Positions 62,756 through 64,000 of a stretch of DNA of 64,000 bases are shown piece after piece. The notes under the pieces were generated by a model, which searched no databases, was not told where the DNA came from, and saw only the letters and a list, made by a program, of their open reading frames with translations. The stretch covers positions 6,969 through 70,968 of the forward strand of contig CAVWDL010000005.1 of NCBI GenBank assembly GCA_963753785.1, given 5' to 3'. Origin of the DNA: an uncultured Candidatus Micrarchaeota archaeon. Lineage in GTDB: Archaea > Micrarchaeota > Micrarchaeia > Micrarchaeales > CABMGC01. The position numbers were made by a program, and so were the translations under genes. Position 1 is the first letter of the stretch. Each line of letters starts with the position of its first letter.

Positions 62756-63970
62756 TCATTTCTTGAAATGCTTTAGCATCTCGGAATTTGCGGAGAACAC
62801 GTTCTTCTCCTCATTGGGGTCGACCACAAGGTCGTACTCCTCGCTTCCGCTGTGGTGGCTCGACTTGCAGAGGTTGCAGAAGTTGTCCTCGGCGATTATG
62901 AGCTTCCTCGTCTCGGTCCTTACCGCCTTCACCTTGTTTGCGAGAGCGTCGAAGAGGAAGACCTCGCTGTGCACCTTCTTGCCCTCCTTGATGAGTGGCA
63001 TCAGCGATTTGCCGTCAAGCTTCACCGTTTCCTTGTCTCCGAGAAGTTCTATCAGGGTCGGCACTATATCGGTGTTCTGGACCATTTCGCTCGTCTCCTT
63101 TCCCTTGACTCCGGGAATCTTCATTATCATAGGCGCCCGAATGGATCCTTCGAACAGTCCGCAGTGGCTGAAGTATATGCCGTGCTCGTGTATCTGGTCG
63201 CCGTGGTCCCCGAGTATGACAATTATCGTGTTGTCGAGCAGCTTCTGCTCCCCAAGGAAGTCATAGAACCTGCCGACCTCCTTGTCGATTACCCTTATGG
63301 TCTCGTCGTACTTGTCGTTTATGTCCTTGACGGAGTAGAGCTTCGCGGCGTCCATCCTGTTCTTGACGTACGCCCTCTGCTTCTCGTTCTTTATGTCGGC
63401 CAGTATTTTCTCCTCGTCGTTTACGCCGCTGCCCTCGAACTTCGTGTTCGGGAACGGGAAGTGTGTGTCCCAGAGGTGGATGAATGCGAAGAAAGGCTTC
63501 TTCGATTCCTTTATCCTTGAAATTGCAAGATCGATCGTGTATTTTGTCGGAGGGAAAAGGCCCTTTATCTTCTTCTCGCTCTCCTTGTAGTAGTCGAATC
63601 CCTTCGTGAACCAGAATCCGATCCAGTCGAAGGCCATCGTGTCGTATCCCTTCTCCTGAAGGTAGCTCGGAAGCCAGAATCCTATCCTCTCGGCGGAATC
63701 GAACTCCTCGGGCTGAGTGTATGGGAGTTGGTGGTATACTCCGTGGCTGCTGGGCAGCAGACCGGAGAGCATGCTTGTCACGGCGGGCGCCGTGGCGTTG
63801 CATACAGAGAATTGGTTCCTGAAGAGGACGCCATCCTTGGCTATCCTCTTCAGGTTCGCATCGCTCTCCTTTCCGTATCCGAACATGCTGAGATGGTCGG
63901 GCCTGAAGGCATCGATGACAATGATCACCACATTAGGTCTTTCCACACCGACACCCTTTTGCCCTTCCAT
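62756..63970 (-). CDS. Sulfatase-like (alkaline phosphatase superfamily) hydrolase/transferase
   Basis: PNVVIIVIDAFRPDHL, HLWDTHFP and GDHGD motifs; Thr (TAPAVTSMLSG) in place of the CxPxR motif. Confidence 0.85.
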   Translation of the reverse strand: MEGQKGVGVERPNVVIIVIDAFRPDHLSMFGYGKESDANLKRIAKDGVLFRNQFSVCNATAPAVTSMLSGLLPSSHGVYHQLPYTQPEEFDSAERIGFWLPSYLQEKGYDTMAFDWIGFWFTKGFDYYKESEKKIKGLFPPTKYTIDLAISRIKESKKPFFAFIHLWDTHFPFPNTKFEGSGVNDEEKILADIKNEKQRAYVKNRMDAAKLYSVKDINDKYDETIRVIDKEVGRFYDFLGEQKLLDNTIIVILGDHGDQIHEHGIYFSHCGLFEGSIRAPMIMKIPGVKGKETSEMVQNTDIVPTLIELLGDKETVKLDGKSLMPLIKEGKKVHSEVFLFDALANKVKAVRTETRKLIIAEDNFCNLCKSSHHSGSEEYDLVVDPNEEKNVFSANSEMLKHFKK

Positions 63971-64000
63971 CTACACGCCTCTGAAATCAGGTGTAGCCTA

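Noticed and set aside
887-63803. Many long antisense or alternate-frame ORFs (e.g. 887-1534, 12967-14172, 33106-33885, 60690-61685)
   Set aside because: They are shadows of real genes caused by GC-rich third codon positions and carry no recognisable motifs.

Overview
Archaeal chromosomal DNA, most likely DPANN and probably Micrarchaeota (inferred from gene content and protein families, not from a search). The GC-rich backbone carries an rpl30e-rps12-rps7-EF2-rpl7ae-rps28e-rpl24e cluster, signal peptidase, SMC, a HemK-like methyltransferase, site-2 protease, geranylgeranyl reductase, rpoK, tRNA-Leu(TAG), serS, aRF1, a histone, aminopeptidase N, DnaG, Hjc, an S-layer gene and a glmS/FkbM/flippase/sulfatase glycan cluster. 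It also carries HicAB- and RelE-type toxin-antitoxin pairs. Many essential genes contain 1-2 bp frameshifts, which are most simply sequencing or consensus errors. The most unusual content is three related 6-7 kb modules (about 18.2-25.0, 25.1-32.4 and 43.9-50.3 kb). Each pairs a giant (about 1900 aa) secreted protein (G1 glutamic-peptidase-like N-terminus, three DUF2341-like units, Ser/Thr linkers) with a small pilin-like gene. Each ends in a decayed copy of the 3' end of dnaG, and the tandem pair also begins with a decayed piece of the AsnC-family gene that faces dnaG at its native locus. The giant genes are mosaics with gene-conversion tracts and hypervariable loops. Only one reads through intact as sequenced, and another is interrupted by an IS200-type element.
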